Shown: one piece after another, positions 10,181 through 19,631 of the stretch
Layout of the letters: the number at the start of each line of letters is the position of its first letter
How positions within the stretch are numbered: position 1 is the stretch's first letter
NCBI GenBank assembly: GCA_028710485.1
Contig: JAQTTZ010000012.1
Span: 1,083-65,082 of the forward strand
Length of the DNA: 64,000 bases
Source of the DNA: Bacteriovorax sp.
GTDB lineage: Bacteria; Bdellovibrionota; Bacteriovoracia; Bacteriovoracales; Bacteriovoracaceae
Reading direction: 5' to 3'
The notes under the pieces: model-generated
What the model saw: the letters and a program-made list of their open reading frames with translations, nothing else
Databases searched by the model: none
What the model was told of the DNA's origin: nothing
Position numbers and translations under genes: made by a program

Positions 10181-10807
10181 ATGAACCCCTCGCTTAAAGA
10201 ACATTTTTTAAAGGCCCTGGAAATCTACACTCAGGGAAATCACTACGAGACCCTTCTCGAAGCCAAGAAAGAGTACTTCACCATTACTGGCCAAGCTAAT
10301 GATGATGATGATGATTTTGAAGCGCGCATGAATTCTTTTAATGAATGGTATGTTTTGCAGTTCATCTCTAAAAGAGGAACTCGCACTGTTATCAGTGATT
10401 ATTTAATAAACAATCCAGTCGATGATTTTCTCGCCAAAGCACTCTCGAGTGTTAATTACTCTCTTTTTGAATACACCGGGAAAAATCTTAGAGGATTTGA
10501 TGTCCTCTACGACATGTTACACGATAAAAAAATTCCTCTTCCTAAAGGAGAGTCACTTCCTTCAATCATCAAAGATGATATTTTTGTAGGAAGAGTTCTT
10601 ACTTATGAAGATAAAAATTTTTTGATGCAAGGCCTTTGCGTAATTCCTAAAGATGTCCGCGCGATATTGAAGAAAGAATGTAAAAAAATTAGAAAGCTTA
10701 AAAATCCTGGCGAAGAGTTAAAATTTCTTCTTCGAATTGAATCATTTAAAACTAAATGGATTCGCTACGGACACGTAGACGCGACGAAGATTTTTAAATT
10801 TGATTAA
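10181..10807 (+). CDS. Hypothetical protein
   Basis: 208 aa ORF with AAGGA SD, downstream of lepA; no motif recognised. Confidence 0.7.
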   Translation: MNPSLKEHFLKALEIYTQGNHYETLLEAKKEYFTITGQANDDDDDFEARMNSFNEWYVLQFISKRGTRTVISDYLINNPVDDFLAKALSSVNYSLFEYTGKNLRGFDVLYDMLHDKKIPLPKGESLPSIIKDDIFVGRVLTYEDKNFLMQGLCVIPKDVRAILKKECKKIRKLKNPGEELKFLLRIESFKTKWIRYGHVDATKIFKFD

Positions 10808-10832
10808 TTTTGAAAAGCTAAGGCTCATCCCC

Positions 10833-12068
10833 ATGGAAATTTCCAAAAATAAAACGTTGAAATGGATTTCCATCGTTATACTTACACTCTTTATAATTAT
10901 TTTCAGTTATGCCCGGGCGATGAAAGAAACAATTTATGGTGACTTTCACGTGTTTTGGCTTGCCGGAAAAACTCTCTTTGAAGGTGGGGATCTTTACTAC
11001 ACGGGACCAGGTCTTCGCGAATTTATCTATCCTCCTTTTGCGGCCATTTTATTTTTGCCGCTAAGTTTTATAAGTTTTAATTGGGCGACTTATCTTTTTT
11101 TCTTTATTAATTTTTTCCTTTGGGGATTGAGTATAAAGACTATTGATCTTATCTTGGCCGAGACTGGAGTAGATCAGAAGAAAAAGAATTATATCCTTAT
11201 GGCCTCTACCTTCCTCAGTTTTAAATTATGTTGGAATAACATAATGATGGTTCAGGTTAATCTAGTTGTCTTAAGTTGTTCACTTTTGGGAATTCTATAT
11301 TTCCTAAGGAAGAAAGAAAATTACGCGATCGCATTTTTTTGTGTAGCAATTGCAACTAAAATTTTCCCCATATTTTTTGCTTTTTGGGTAATTTTGAGAG
11401 GCAGTAAGAAAACTTTCTTTAAATTTCTTCTGGGTGCAATTGCTTGCATTGTCCTTCCCAGTCTGATTGTCGGTCCATCTAAAGCAATGGCCGATATTAT
11501 TCAATATGCCGATTTTTTCTTCCATAAATTTTTGGGACAAAGAGAGTTAACACTTAGTTATGCCAATCAATCATTAAGTGGAACGATTTTTAGATTGTTT
11601 TCGACTCTTCATGACGGTGGTCAACCGATGGTCACAATTTATGATTTTGGAGCAGAGACCGCCAAAAAAATCTATATTACTTTAGATGTTTTGTCTTTTT
11701 TTGCCCTAATTGGTGTTTTTATTTTTAGACGAATAAAAAAAAGATCGATCTCTATTTTGGAACCTGCCCTTGTAATGCTGGTCGCTCATTTGACTTCCAC
11801 GATCACTTGGAAAGCTCACTTGGTTAGTATGCTGTTTGTATTTGCTGCTTTGTTAACTGTAGATTTAAAAAAATTACCTCTGCTCTTAAGAGCATTCGGT
11901 GTTTTTATCTTATCCTATTCTCTTTTAGTTGGAGTCCTAGGACAGGAAATCGTGGGGAAAAAATGGCAGGTCATTTTAGGATCAGTCGGCGATTACACCT
12001 GGATGATGGTGGCCATTTATCTATTTATTGTTACGCTCTCAGTAAGAGACACGTCTGAATTGCGCTAA
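10833..12068 (+). CDS. GT87/DUF2029 family polytopic glycosyltransferase (GT-C fold)
   Basis: GDFHVFWLAG, FIYPPFAA, QVN, ATKIFP, NQSL, TWKAH motifs; about 10 TM helices. Confidence 0.85.
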   Translation: MEISKNKTLKWISIVILTLFIIIFSYARAMKETIYGDFHVFWLAGKTLFEGGDLYYTGPGLREFIYPPFAAILFLPLSFISFNWATYLFFFINFFLWGLSIKTIDLILAETGVDQKKKNYILMASTFLSFKLCWNNIMMVQVNLVVLSCSLLGILYFLRKKENYAIAFFCVAIATKIFPIFFAFWVILRGSKKTFFKFLLGAIACIVLPSLIVGPSKAMADIIQYADFFFHKFLGQRELTLSYANQSLSGTIFRLFSTLHDGGQPMVTIYDFGAETAKKIYITLDVLSFFALIGVFIFRRIKKRSISILEPALVMLVAHLTSTITWKAHLVSMLFVFAALLTVDLKKLPLLLRAFGVFILSYSLLVGVLGQEIVGKKWQVILGSVGDYTWMMVAIYLFIVTLSVRDTSELR

Positions 12069-12109
12069 CCATGCTCGCGTGATTATTTTGAATTTTAGGA
12101 GTACTGAAA

Positions 12110-12955
12110 ATGTCTATCGCCAATACACTCAGCTTATATATCGGAAGAAAAAGATTTTTAAATAGAAAATTACGCAATCTGCATGCAAAGTCAGCGGTAA
12201 TATCCATTGCAAGTAGTTTCAAGCTTTATCTGGATCCCCGTGATTTATACGGACCTTCGTTTTATGTAATGTACGGTGGCGCCGCCGCTTTTTATCACTA
12301 TGAAGAAAATTTAAAATCTGAAATAATTCAGCATTTTCGTGCAGATGGTGTCTTTGTAGATGTCGGAGCAAATATTGGGTTAATATCACTTTTTGTCTCA
12401 AAGTTTTTTCCTGTGGCCCAAATTTATTCTTTTGAACCAGGTGAAGTCACACATCATTGTCTCGATCTATCCATTGCGAAAAATAAAATAAAAAATATAG
12501 AATTAATTAAAAAGGGTCTATCAAATCAGGTAAGTGAAGGTGTCAGTTTTTTTATTGACCCAACTTCAACGGGGGGATCGTCCCTTGTTATTGATAAAAA
12601 TAAAGATAATTCACAAAGACCGATAGAAAAAATTTTATTAACGACTTTAGATACTTTTGTTAATGAGAAAAAAATTGTACCGACACTGATTAAAATCGAT
12701 GTCGAAGACGCTGAAGAAATGGTTTTGGAAAAGGCGGTGGAAACTATTGAAAAGTATCATCCCGTTTTTATAGTCGAATCAAATAATAAAAAAATCATAG
12801 AAAATCCAAACCTTTTTGAGACTATTTTTAAAGATTATAAAGTTCGTGAAATTGGAACTGTTGATTTTGTTAATATTTCGGAGTTGCAGAAATTAGCTGC
12901 TGCAAATGCCAATAAAAAAAGAATCTTTACTGATTATATTTTCATACCAAGATAG
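12110..12955 (+). CDS. FkbM family SAM-dependent methyltransferase
   Basis: FVDVGANIG, SFEP, LIKIDVE. Confidence 0.9.
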   Translation: MSIANTLSLYIGRKRFLNRKLRNLHAKSAVISIASSFKLYLDPRDLYGPSFYVMYGGAAAFYHYEENLKSEIIQHFRADGVFVDVGANIGLISLFVSKFFPVAQIYSFEPGEVTHHCLDLSIAKNKIKNIELIKKGLSNQVSEGVSFFIDPTSTGGSSLVIDKNKDNSQRPIEKILLTTLDTFVNEKKIVPTLIKIDVEDAEEMVLEKAVETIEKYHPVFIVESNNKKIIENPNLFETIFKDYKVREIGTVDFVNISELQKLAAANANKKRIFTDYIFIPR

Positions 12956-12957
12956 TC

Positions 12958-13713
12958 ATGATTAAACTTTCAGTTGTTATTATAACATTAAATGAAGAAA
13001 AAAATATTGGCCGCTGCCTAAAGTCAGTTGCTGGTCTGGCCGACGAAGTTGTAGTTGTCGATTCTTTCTCAACCGATAAAACCAAAGAGATCTGTGAGAG
13101 CTACGGCGCACGTTTTGTTGAACAAAAGTTTTTGGGATACCAAGACCAAAAAAACTTTGCTCATCAGTTAGCTCAATATGACTATGTCCTTTCTCTCGAT
13201 GCAGATGAAGCTCTTTCACCAGAATTGTATGAGGAAATCAAAAAACTTAAAAGTAATTTTGAATTTGATGGATATGAATTCAACCGTCTCACCAATTATA
13301 ATGGCCATTGGGTTAAGTATTGTGGATGGTATCCTGATAAAAAATTGCGATTGGTTAAAAAAAATAAAGCTAAATGGGCAGGCGGAAATATTCATGAATG
13401 GCTTGAGGTTGAGGGAACAGTTGGTCACTTAAAAGGTGATCTCTTTCACTATTCCTTCGACACTATTTCATCCCATGTTCTCCAGACTAATAAGTTCAGT
13501 ACTATCGACGCCCAACTTCATTTTGCCAAAGGGAAACGCGCTTCCGTGGTAAAATTAGTGACACGTCCTCCTTTTCAATTTTTTAAAGATTATTTTTTAA
13601 AATTGGGGATCTTGGATGGACGGTATGGTTTTGTGATTTGTTATATCAATGCTCTTTATGTTCTTTTGAAATATGCCAAAATGATAGATTTAGAACATCC
13701 CAGATCTCCTTAA
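12958..13713 (+). CDS. GT2 LPS core beta-glucosyltransferase (WaaE/KdtX-like)
   Basis: LSVVIITLNEE, VVDSFSTDKT, LSLDADE, GWYPD, LDGRYGF. Confidence 0.85.
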   Translation: MIKLSVVIITLNEEKNIGRCLKSVAGLADEVVVVDSFSTDKTKEICESYGARFVEQKFLGYQDQKNFAHQLAQYDYVLSLDADEALSPELYEEIKKLKSNFEFDGYEFNRLTNYNGHWVKYCGWYPDKKLRLVKKNKAKWAGGNIHEWLEVEGTVGHLKGDLFHYSFDTISSHVLQTNKFSTIDAQLHFAKGKRASVVKLVTRPPFQFFKDYFLKLGILDGRYGFVICYINALYVLLKYAKMIDLEHPRSP

Positions 13714-14681
13714 ATCGCTTCCTTTTCCTTTAAGGTCTTTCTTCCTGCTAGCAAGTAGGGAATAACTCCTAAAAAATTATGTGAAAAACTACACAAGAAA
13801 AAAAGATTGAAGAGCGAAGCTCCATTGTCGATATTTACGAATGAGAAAAGGTTGGCAAAAAGTACGTGACCAACACCCAATCCTCCTGGGGAAATAGGGA
13901 CAGCGGTAGCAATCAGGCCAACTGGAATAAAGGTAAAAGCATATTGAAGAGGCAAGTGTCCTGAGTAAAAAGGAGAGCTGATTGTCCAGAAGGCCAGGAT
14001 AGATAAAAATTGAGTTAAAATACTTAATAGAAAACAATTTATTAGATCTTTCCTGTTTTCTCTAAGAGCAAAAAGATGGTCAAGTAATTCGGAAATCTTT
14101 TTACCGATAAAGGGTATTTTTTTTATTAAATTAACGATCATTTTTTGGAATTTATAAGGGGAAATTAAAGTTCCTAAGAAAAGGATGGTGCCGCCGAATA
14201 AAAAGAGATTCAGCTGAATAACGTGTGCAATTTTTGGAGAAAGGACCGTGACCTCTGAAAAATATATTAGACTAAAGCCTCCTGCGAGAAAAAGGAGTCC
14301 GGCCAATCCAATAATTCGATCGAGAAGAGTGACAGTCACCAGAAAGGTTTTAGTAAAACCCTGATCCAGTTTTTTGATATAAACCAATTTAATTAAATCT
14401 CCCGTTACCGCCCCTGGAAGAACGCTTGAAAAAAATAGACCGATATAATTAAGTCTAAGGACATCAAAAAAACGTAGGGTTTTTTGGCTTTTGGTTTCTA
14501 GCAATAGCTTATAACGATAGGCCCCGAGGGCCACAATAATAATAATGAGCAAAAAGGCCATAAACCACTGAGGGCCCACTTCAAAGCTTTTCATCACCAA
14601 AGAAAGGTCCAGTTTTCCGCTTGTGATTAGCCAATAAAGTAGCGCAATTGCGAATACAAATTTCAAAAGTATTTTGATCAT
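13710..14681 (-). CDS. Lysylphosphatidylglycerol-synthase TM / UPF0104 flippase-like protein
   Basis: IGLFFSSVLPGAVTGD, LDRIIGL, PISPGGLGV; polytopic membrane protein. Confidence 0.85.
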   Translation of the reverse strand: MIKILLKFVFAIALLYWLITSGKLDLSLVMKSFEVGPQWFMAFLLIIIIVALGAYRYKLLLETKSQKTLRFFDVLRLNYIGLFFSSVLPGAVTGDLIKLVYIKKLDQGFTKTFLVTVTLLDRIIGLAGLLFLAGGFSLIYFSEVTVLSPKIAHVIQLNLFLFGGTILFLGTLISPYKFQKMIVNLIKKIPFIGKKISELLDHLFALRENRKDLINCFLLSILTQFLSILAFWTISSPFYSGHLPLQYAFTFIPVGLIATAVPISPGGLGVGHVLFANLFSFVNIDNGASLFNLFFLCSFSHNFLGVIPYLLAGRKTLKEKEAI

Positions 14682-14746
14682 ATAAATTTTTAGCACAATC
14701 GAGTTCAAAGTGCTATTCTTCTAAAGTCAATCTATGGGAGAAAATC

Positions 14747-16069
14747 ATGAAAGTTTCAGTTATTGGTACTGGCTACGTAGGTCTTGTTAGCGGAACATGT
14801 TTTGCCGAAATCGGGCATGAAGTAACGTGTATTGATATCGATCCCAAAAAAATTGAAATGCTAAAGAGCGGAAAGTCGCCAATCTATGAACCGGGTTTAT
14901 CTGAACTAATCGAAAGAAATATTAAGTCAGAACGTCTGCATTTTTCTCTCAGCTACGATTCAGTGAAAGAGGCAAAATCGATTTTCCTTGCAGTGGGAAC
15001 TCCTTCGGCTGACGATGGTCGTGCTGATTTAACATACCTCAAAGCTGCAGCGATTGAAGTTGCAAAAAATATTGCAGAAGACGCTATCATCGTTATCAAG
15101 TCGACTGTTCCTGTTGGAACTAATAATGAGCTTAGAAAATTGATCGCTGAGCATACGACCAAAAAATTTCATCTGGTAAATAATCCTGAATTTTTAAAAG
15201 AGGGATCTGCCGTAGAAGATTTTATGAGACCAGATAGAGTTATTATTGGTCATCAAGATCCAGAAGCTTTCCAGGTAATGGAAGAATTATATGCTCCTTT
15301 GGTTCGCCAAGGAAACCCGATCTATGGCATGAGCAATCTTTCCGCCGAGATGAGCAAGTATGCGGCCAATTGCTTTCTAGCTACAAAAATTTCTTTCATC
15401 AACGAGATCGCGAGACTTTGTGATGCAACTCATGCCGATATAGAGGAAGTGAGAAAGGGAATTTCATCAGACAAAAGAATCGGTGGACACTTTTTATACC
15501 CAGGTCCAGGTTACGGTGGTTCTTGTTTTCCAAAAGATGTTAAAGCTCTTATTGCGACAGCAGAAGACTACGGCATGGAATTGAAAATTGTTAATGCTAC
15601 AGAATTAGTAAACGACGAACAAAAAGTTTATGTTTTCCATAAGATCAAAAAATATTTTAAAGGTGATTTAAAAAATCGCATCTTCTCATTTTGGGGAGTG
15701 GCCTTTAAAGCAAACACTGATGATGTTCGTGAGGCTTCGGCCATTACCATGGCCATCGAACTTATTAAAGAAGGGGCGACTATTCATTTCTTTGATCCAG
15801 TTGCCAGCGAAAACTTCATGAAAGTGATGAAGGATTATCCGGAGTGCGAAGGAAAAATTAAATCATTTAATAATAAATATGATTGTCTTAATGGCAGTGA
15901 TGGCCTGGTGACAATGACTGAGTGGCGCGAATTCCGCGTTCCTGATTTTAATGAAGTGAAGTCGCGTTTAAAAACTAACGTAATCTTCGATGGTAGAAAT
16001 CTTTATGAAACAGAAAAAATTAAAGCTGAAGGTTTTGATTATTTAGCTGTAGGAAAGTTTATTAAATGA
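14747..16069 (+). CDS. ugd: UDP-glucose 6-dehydrogenase
   Basis: IGTGYVG, KSTVPVG, NPEFLKEG, GYGGSCFPKD, DGRN. Confidence 0.93.
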   Translation: MKVSVIGTGYVGLVSGTCFAEIGHEVTCIDIDPKKIEMLKSGKSPIYEPGLSELIERNIKSERLHFSLSYDSVKEAKSIFLAVGTPSADDGRADLTYLKAAAIEVAKNIAEDAIIVIKSTVPVGTNNELRKLIAEHTTKKFHLVNNPEFLKEGSAVEDFMRPDRVIIGHQDPEAFQVMEELYAPLVRQGNPIYGMSNLSAEMSKYAANCFLATKISFINEIARLCDATHADIEEVRKGISSDKRIGGHFLYPGPGYGGSCFPKDVKALIATAEDYGMELKIVNATELVNDEQKVYVFHKIKKYFKGDLKNRIFSFWGVAFKANTDDVREASAITMAIELIKEGATIHFFDPVASENFMKVMKDYPECEGKIKSFNNKYDCLNGSDGLVTMTEWREFRVPDFNEVKSRLKTNVIFDGRNLYETEKIKAEGFDYLAVGKFIK

Positions 16070-16842
16070 AAATCGCAGTAATCCAACTTACATCAGTTCT
16101 CGACTATAAAGTAAACCTTGCGACTATTCGCCGAATGCTTAAAGAAGCAAAGGAGCTTGGGGCTGAAGCAGCTTTTCTACCAGAAGTTTTTTACTCCATG
16201 AGTGATGGGGTTACCCCAACTCCATACTTGATAGTGGAAGGCAATGAGCACTATAACGAGATAAAACAATTAGCGCTTGATTTTCAAATGGCCCTTATCG
16301 GTGGATCAGCCGCCAGTCTAAAAAACGGGAAAGTTGTCAACCGCGCCTACAATTTTGATAAGCTTGGAGTTGATCTCGGTCACTACGATAAAATCAATCT
16401 CTTTGCATGTGATTTACCTAATAAGAAAATTTCAGAAGCTAATAATTATACCGCTGGTTCAGAATACAAAATGGTTGAACTAGATGGCAGTAAAATTGGA
16501 CTGGGAATTTGTTTCGACATGCGCTTTTCTGAATTAGGGCTTCACTACCGGATGCAAGGTGCGGAAATTCTCACTTATCCAGCGGCCTTTACAGTTCCTA
16601 CTGGAAAAGCTCACTGGCACACGCTGCTGAAAGCTCGAGCCATTGAAAATCAATGTTTCGTTGTGGCCGCTGCTCAATGGGGCCATCATAATGAAAAAAT
16701 GCAAACCTTTGGTCACTCTTTAGTGGTTGATCCTTGGGGAGATGTCATTCTTGATTTAGCTGAAGGTGAAAAAGTTGGTGTGGTGGACTTGGATTTTTCT
16801 AAAATTGAACTTATTCGTCAGTCTGTTTTGATGAGTAGGTAA
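16066..16842 (+). CDS. Carbon-nitrogen hydrolase (Nit1, deaminated-glutathione amidase-like)
   Basis: E-K-C triad: FLPE, YDKINLF, ICFDMRF; PAAFTVPTGKAHW, ARAIENQ. Confidence 0.88.
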   Translation: MKIAVIQLTSVLDYKVNLATIRRMLKEAKELGAEAAFLPEVFYSMSDGVTPTPYLIVEGNEHYNEIKQLALDFQMALIGGSAASLKNGKVVNRAYNFDKLGVDLGHYDKINLFACDLPNKKISEANNYTAGSEYKMVELDGSKIGLGICFDMRFSELGLHYRMQGAEILTYPAAFTVPTGKAHWHTLLKARAIENQCFVVAAAQWGHHNEKMQTFGHSLVVDPWGDVILDLAEGEKVGVVDLDFSKIELIRQSVLMSR

Positions 16843-16861
16843 GTGTTTAAAAAGCCGAGAG

Positions 16862-16925
16862 CTATTGCGGATTTATGACCAAAATCCGCAAGACTGTTGC
16901 GGATTTATGGACAAATTCCGCAGGA
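16862..16925. repeat. Two tandem 32-bp palindromic units
   Basis: ctaTTGCGGATTTatgaccaAAATCCGCAAga and ctgTTGCGGAtttatggacaaatTCCGCAgga. Confidence 0.85.
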
Positions 16926-16950
16926 CAATTTTTGATTTCGGAGAAATGAA

Positions 16951-17481
16951 ATGAAAAAAATATCACTTTTATTCTTATGTTTATTTTTCTCATGCACCTC
17001 TCCTGAGCACAAATCAAAAGTTGATGATTTAAATCAGAAGCCAGAGGCCTTAATTGATAAATTATTACATCTTACAATGATTGAAACAGTTGTTCCTGAA
17101 ATGAAAAACTTTGAAGGAATAAGTGATTTAAAAGAAATCAAGGACGCAAAACTTTATTCGTTTCGAAAAATTTCCGAATCGCAAGCTTATCTAATCTTAA
17201 GAGTTTCAAACAATGGAAAGCTTATTTCAGCATTATATTATCCAGATAAAAAAAATGAGTTAAGTGAATCAGAAATTAAAGAAAAGATAAAAGCCGATGA
17301 TTGGCAGATTAAGTTATCGTATGTAAGTAAGGACGATAGAACTGAAAAAATGATTGTATACAGTATGAAGAAAAGAATATCTTTCGGTTATTATAAAGGA
17401 ATTGACGATAATCATATTCATTTTATAAATATAGGCTCTATAAACGAGTCCTTTGAAGTTAAAGACCAATTTTTATATTAA
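16951..17481 (+). CDS. Hypothetical lipoprotein
   Basis: GGAG SD; MKK + hydrophobic core + FFSC lipobox-like; AT-rich. Confidence 0.7.
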   Translation: MKKISLLFLCLFFSCTSPEHKSKVDDLNQKPEALIDKLLHLTMIETVVPEMKNFEGISDLKEIKDAKLYSFRKISESQAYLILRVSNNGKLISALYYPDKKNELSESEIKEKIKADDWQIKLSYVSKDDRTEKMIVYSMKKRISFGYYKGIDDNHIHFINIGSINESFEVKDQFLY

Positions 17482-17505
17482 ACCTATTTCTAGCGAGATT
17501 TTAGA

Positions 17506-17883
17506 ATGAAATATTTATTGTTAATTTGTTTTATTTTTACTTGCAATATAAGTTTCGCAAATCTTTACTTGCAGACGGAATATCAAGAAGGCAGAAAACC
17601 TAAAATCGTCACCAAACAACATATTTTTTTAGATAGAAGATATCCTATCTACTACACCAAAAAAAGCTATGTGCTTATTCTTAAAAAAATAAATGGAGAT
17701 GAAGCAACCATTGAAAGTGAATCTTACAATGTCGATAAGCGCGGACACAAAACCATGCAAGGTGGATCGTTTGGAACTTATAAAGTAGGAAAAAGTTTTA
17801 CACTCACTGATCATGCACCCAATGGTGACCAGCTTTTCTCCCTAAAAGTTGTGCTGGAGAAAATTGTTCCAGCAAGGCCTTAA
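17506..17883 (+). CDS. Hypothetical small secreted protein
   Basis: Signal peptide ending SFA; beta-rich mature part. Confidence 0.7.
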   Translation: MKYLLLICFIFTCNISFANLYLQTEYQEGRKPKIVTKQHIFLDRRYPIYYTKKSYVLILKKINGDEATIESESYNVDKRGHKTMQGGSFGTYKVGKSFTLTDHAPNGDQLFSLKVVLEKIVPARP

Positions 17884-17888
17884 AGGTT

Positions 17889-18854
17889 TTAAAATGGAAG
17901 CAGTTCTTCCGCTCGCACGCTGAATTGATAAGTTGGTTCTTTTTGATTAAGCTCCGTTCCCTTGATAACTTTTTCATATAAGTCCAGATAGCTTTCAGCA
18001 TGCTTTCTAATGGCAAAATTATCTTCCACATATTTGCGAATAATTTTTGGATCGAAAGTCTTTCCAGGATTTTTTACAACAGACTCAAGCTCCTGATAAT
18101 TTTTTACGATGAATCCGACTTCCTGTGAAATAAGTTCAGGCAAACTGCCGTAGTGAGATCCAATTGCCGGAAGTCCTTGTGACATGGCCTCGATAACAGC
18201 AATTCCAAAAGGCTCATGCCAGCGAACGGGAAATAGAAGAGCATCGCATGAGCGAATGATATTAAGTTTTTCATCGCCTCCCACCATACCAAAACCGTGA
18301 ATATAGCGAGAAAGTCCCCACCATTTCCCACCTGCAATCTGCAAATGCTTTTTGGAACTTCTACATGCTTTCACGGTGTGAGCAAGATTTTTTACTCGCC
18401 AAGATGCCTTGGCCAGAAAAAGAAATTTGTCCCAATTTTTTTTCGTCATTTCAAAAGGGTATTCTTCGAGATCTAAAGCATTATAGATAAATTGTTCAGA
18501 ACCATGAATAGCAGCGTGTTTTTTTGAAACGAAAACAGTATTTTTAGTAAACAACTCGCCAATTTTTCCATTGCCTTGAATAGTGTTTATCGTTGGGATA
18601 TCACCAGGAAATGTGAAGTTATAAAAAAGATGGATTATATCTGCATCTTTTGGAACAAGCGAAGTCCAGTCTTGCTCAGGAGTTGTAGTGATTAGCTCTA
18701 TTCCTAGCTCTTGGACTTTAGAATTTGCATTTCCGATGAGTACAACTTTGTGACCAAGTTTAACTAATTCTTTCATATGCCAAAAAATTATTCTTTCAAT
18801 CCCACCGTATTTTAAAACAGGTAAGACGCCATTGTGATGAAAAACAATTTTCAT
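17889..18854 (-). CDS. GT4 family glycosyltransferase
   Basis: YGGIER, EPFGIAVIEAMSQGLP, GSLPE. Confidence 0.9.
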   Translation of the reverse strand: MKIVFHHNGVLPVLKYGGIERIIFWHMKELVKLGHKVVLIGNANSKVQELGIELITTTPEQDWTSLVPKDADIIHLFYNFTFPGDIPTINTIQGNGKIGELFTKNTVFVSKKHAAIHGSEQFIYNALDLEEYPFEMTKKNWDKFLFLAKASWRVKNLAHTVKACRSSKKHLQIAGGKWWGLSRYIHGFGMVGGDEKLNIIRSCDALLFPVRWHEPFGIAVIEAMSQGLPAIGSHYGSLPELISQEVGFIVKNYQELESVVKNPGKTFDPKIIRKYVEDNFAIRKHAESYLDLYEKVIKGTELNQKEPTYQFSVRAEELLPF

Positions 18855-19615
18855 ATTTTCTTTCCTAATTGAAGGTCATGAAGTTTGGAGTATTTCAAAA
18901 GAGCAGAGAGTGAATTGATAAAACAAATGATAAGGCCATAGCGTCCATCAAGAAAGCCTCTTTTTAAGAAATAATCTCGGAAAAATTTTAAAAAGGGTCT
19001 GGAAACAATTTTGAAAAAACTAGATCTTTTTCCCTGTGCAAAAGCTGCTCGTGCAGCGATGGTGGTAAACTTGTCAGTTTGATTGACATGAGAAGCGATT
19101 GATTCATATGAGTAATGAAGTAGGTCACCTTTTAGAAAACCAATTTGATAGTCAGCTGAGTTCATTTCGAGGATATCGTGGGGATTAGTTCCTCTCCACA
19201 GTGCCTTTGATTTTTTCACCAAACGCAGTTTGGTATCGGGGTACCAGCCACAATAGCGCACCCAATGACCGCTATAGTTAGTTAGACGGTTAAAGCGGTA
19301 GCCATCGCTTGAAAAATTCTCTTTAACCTTTTTTATCTCTGCTAATAGAAGAGATGAGAGCGCCTCATCGGCATCGAGCGAGAGAACGTATTCGTGAGTA
19401 GCGTGCTCTAAAGAAAAATTCTTTTGCTCTATATGACCAATGAAAGTGTTTTTTATAAAGCGGACGCCAAATTCATTACAAATAGCTTCGGTTTTATCGG
19501 TAGAAAAAGAATCGACAACCAGGATCTCATCAGCAATAGATTGAACTGAGCTAATGCAACGACCTATGTTCTTTTCTTCATTGTACGTTATTATTGCGAC
19601 TGTTAACTTGATCAT
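18851..19615 (-). CDS. GT2 LPS core glycosyltransferase (WaaE/KdtX-like), paralog of 12958..13713
   Basis: LTVAIITYNEE, VVDSFSTDKT, LSLDADE, GWYPD, FLDGRYG. Confidence 0.85.
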   Translation of the reverse strand: MIKLTVAIITYNEEKNIGRCISSVQSIADEILVVDSFSTDKTEAICNEFGVRFIKNTFIGHIEQKNFSLEHATHEYVLSLDADEALSSLLLAEIKKVKENFSSDGYRFNRLTNYSGHWVRYCGWYPDTKLRLVKKSKALWRGTNPHDILEMNSADYQIGFLKGDLLHYSYESIASHVNQTDKFTTIAARAAFAQGKRSSFFKIVSRPFLKFFRDYFLKRGFLDGRYGLIICFINSLSALLKYSKLHDLQLGKKI

Positions 19616-19631
19616 TGAAAGGCACCCTCAA

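Noticed and set aside
16862-16925. Possible CRISPR mini-array
   Set aside because: Only two units, no spacer between them, and no cas genes in the window.
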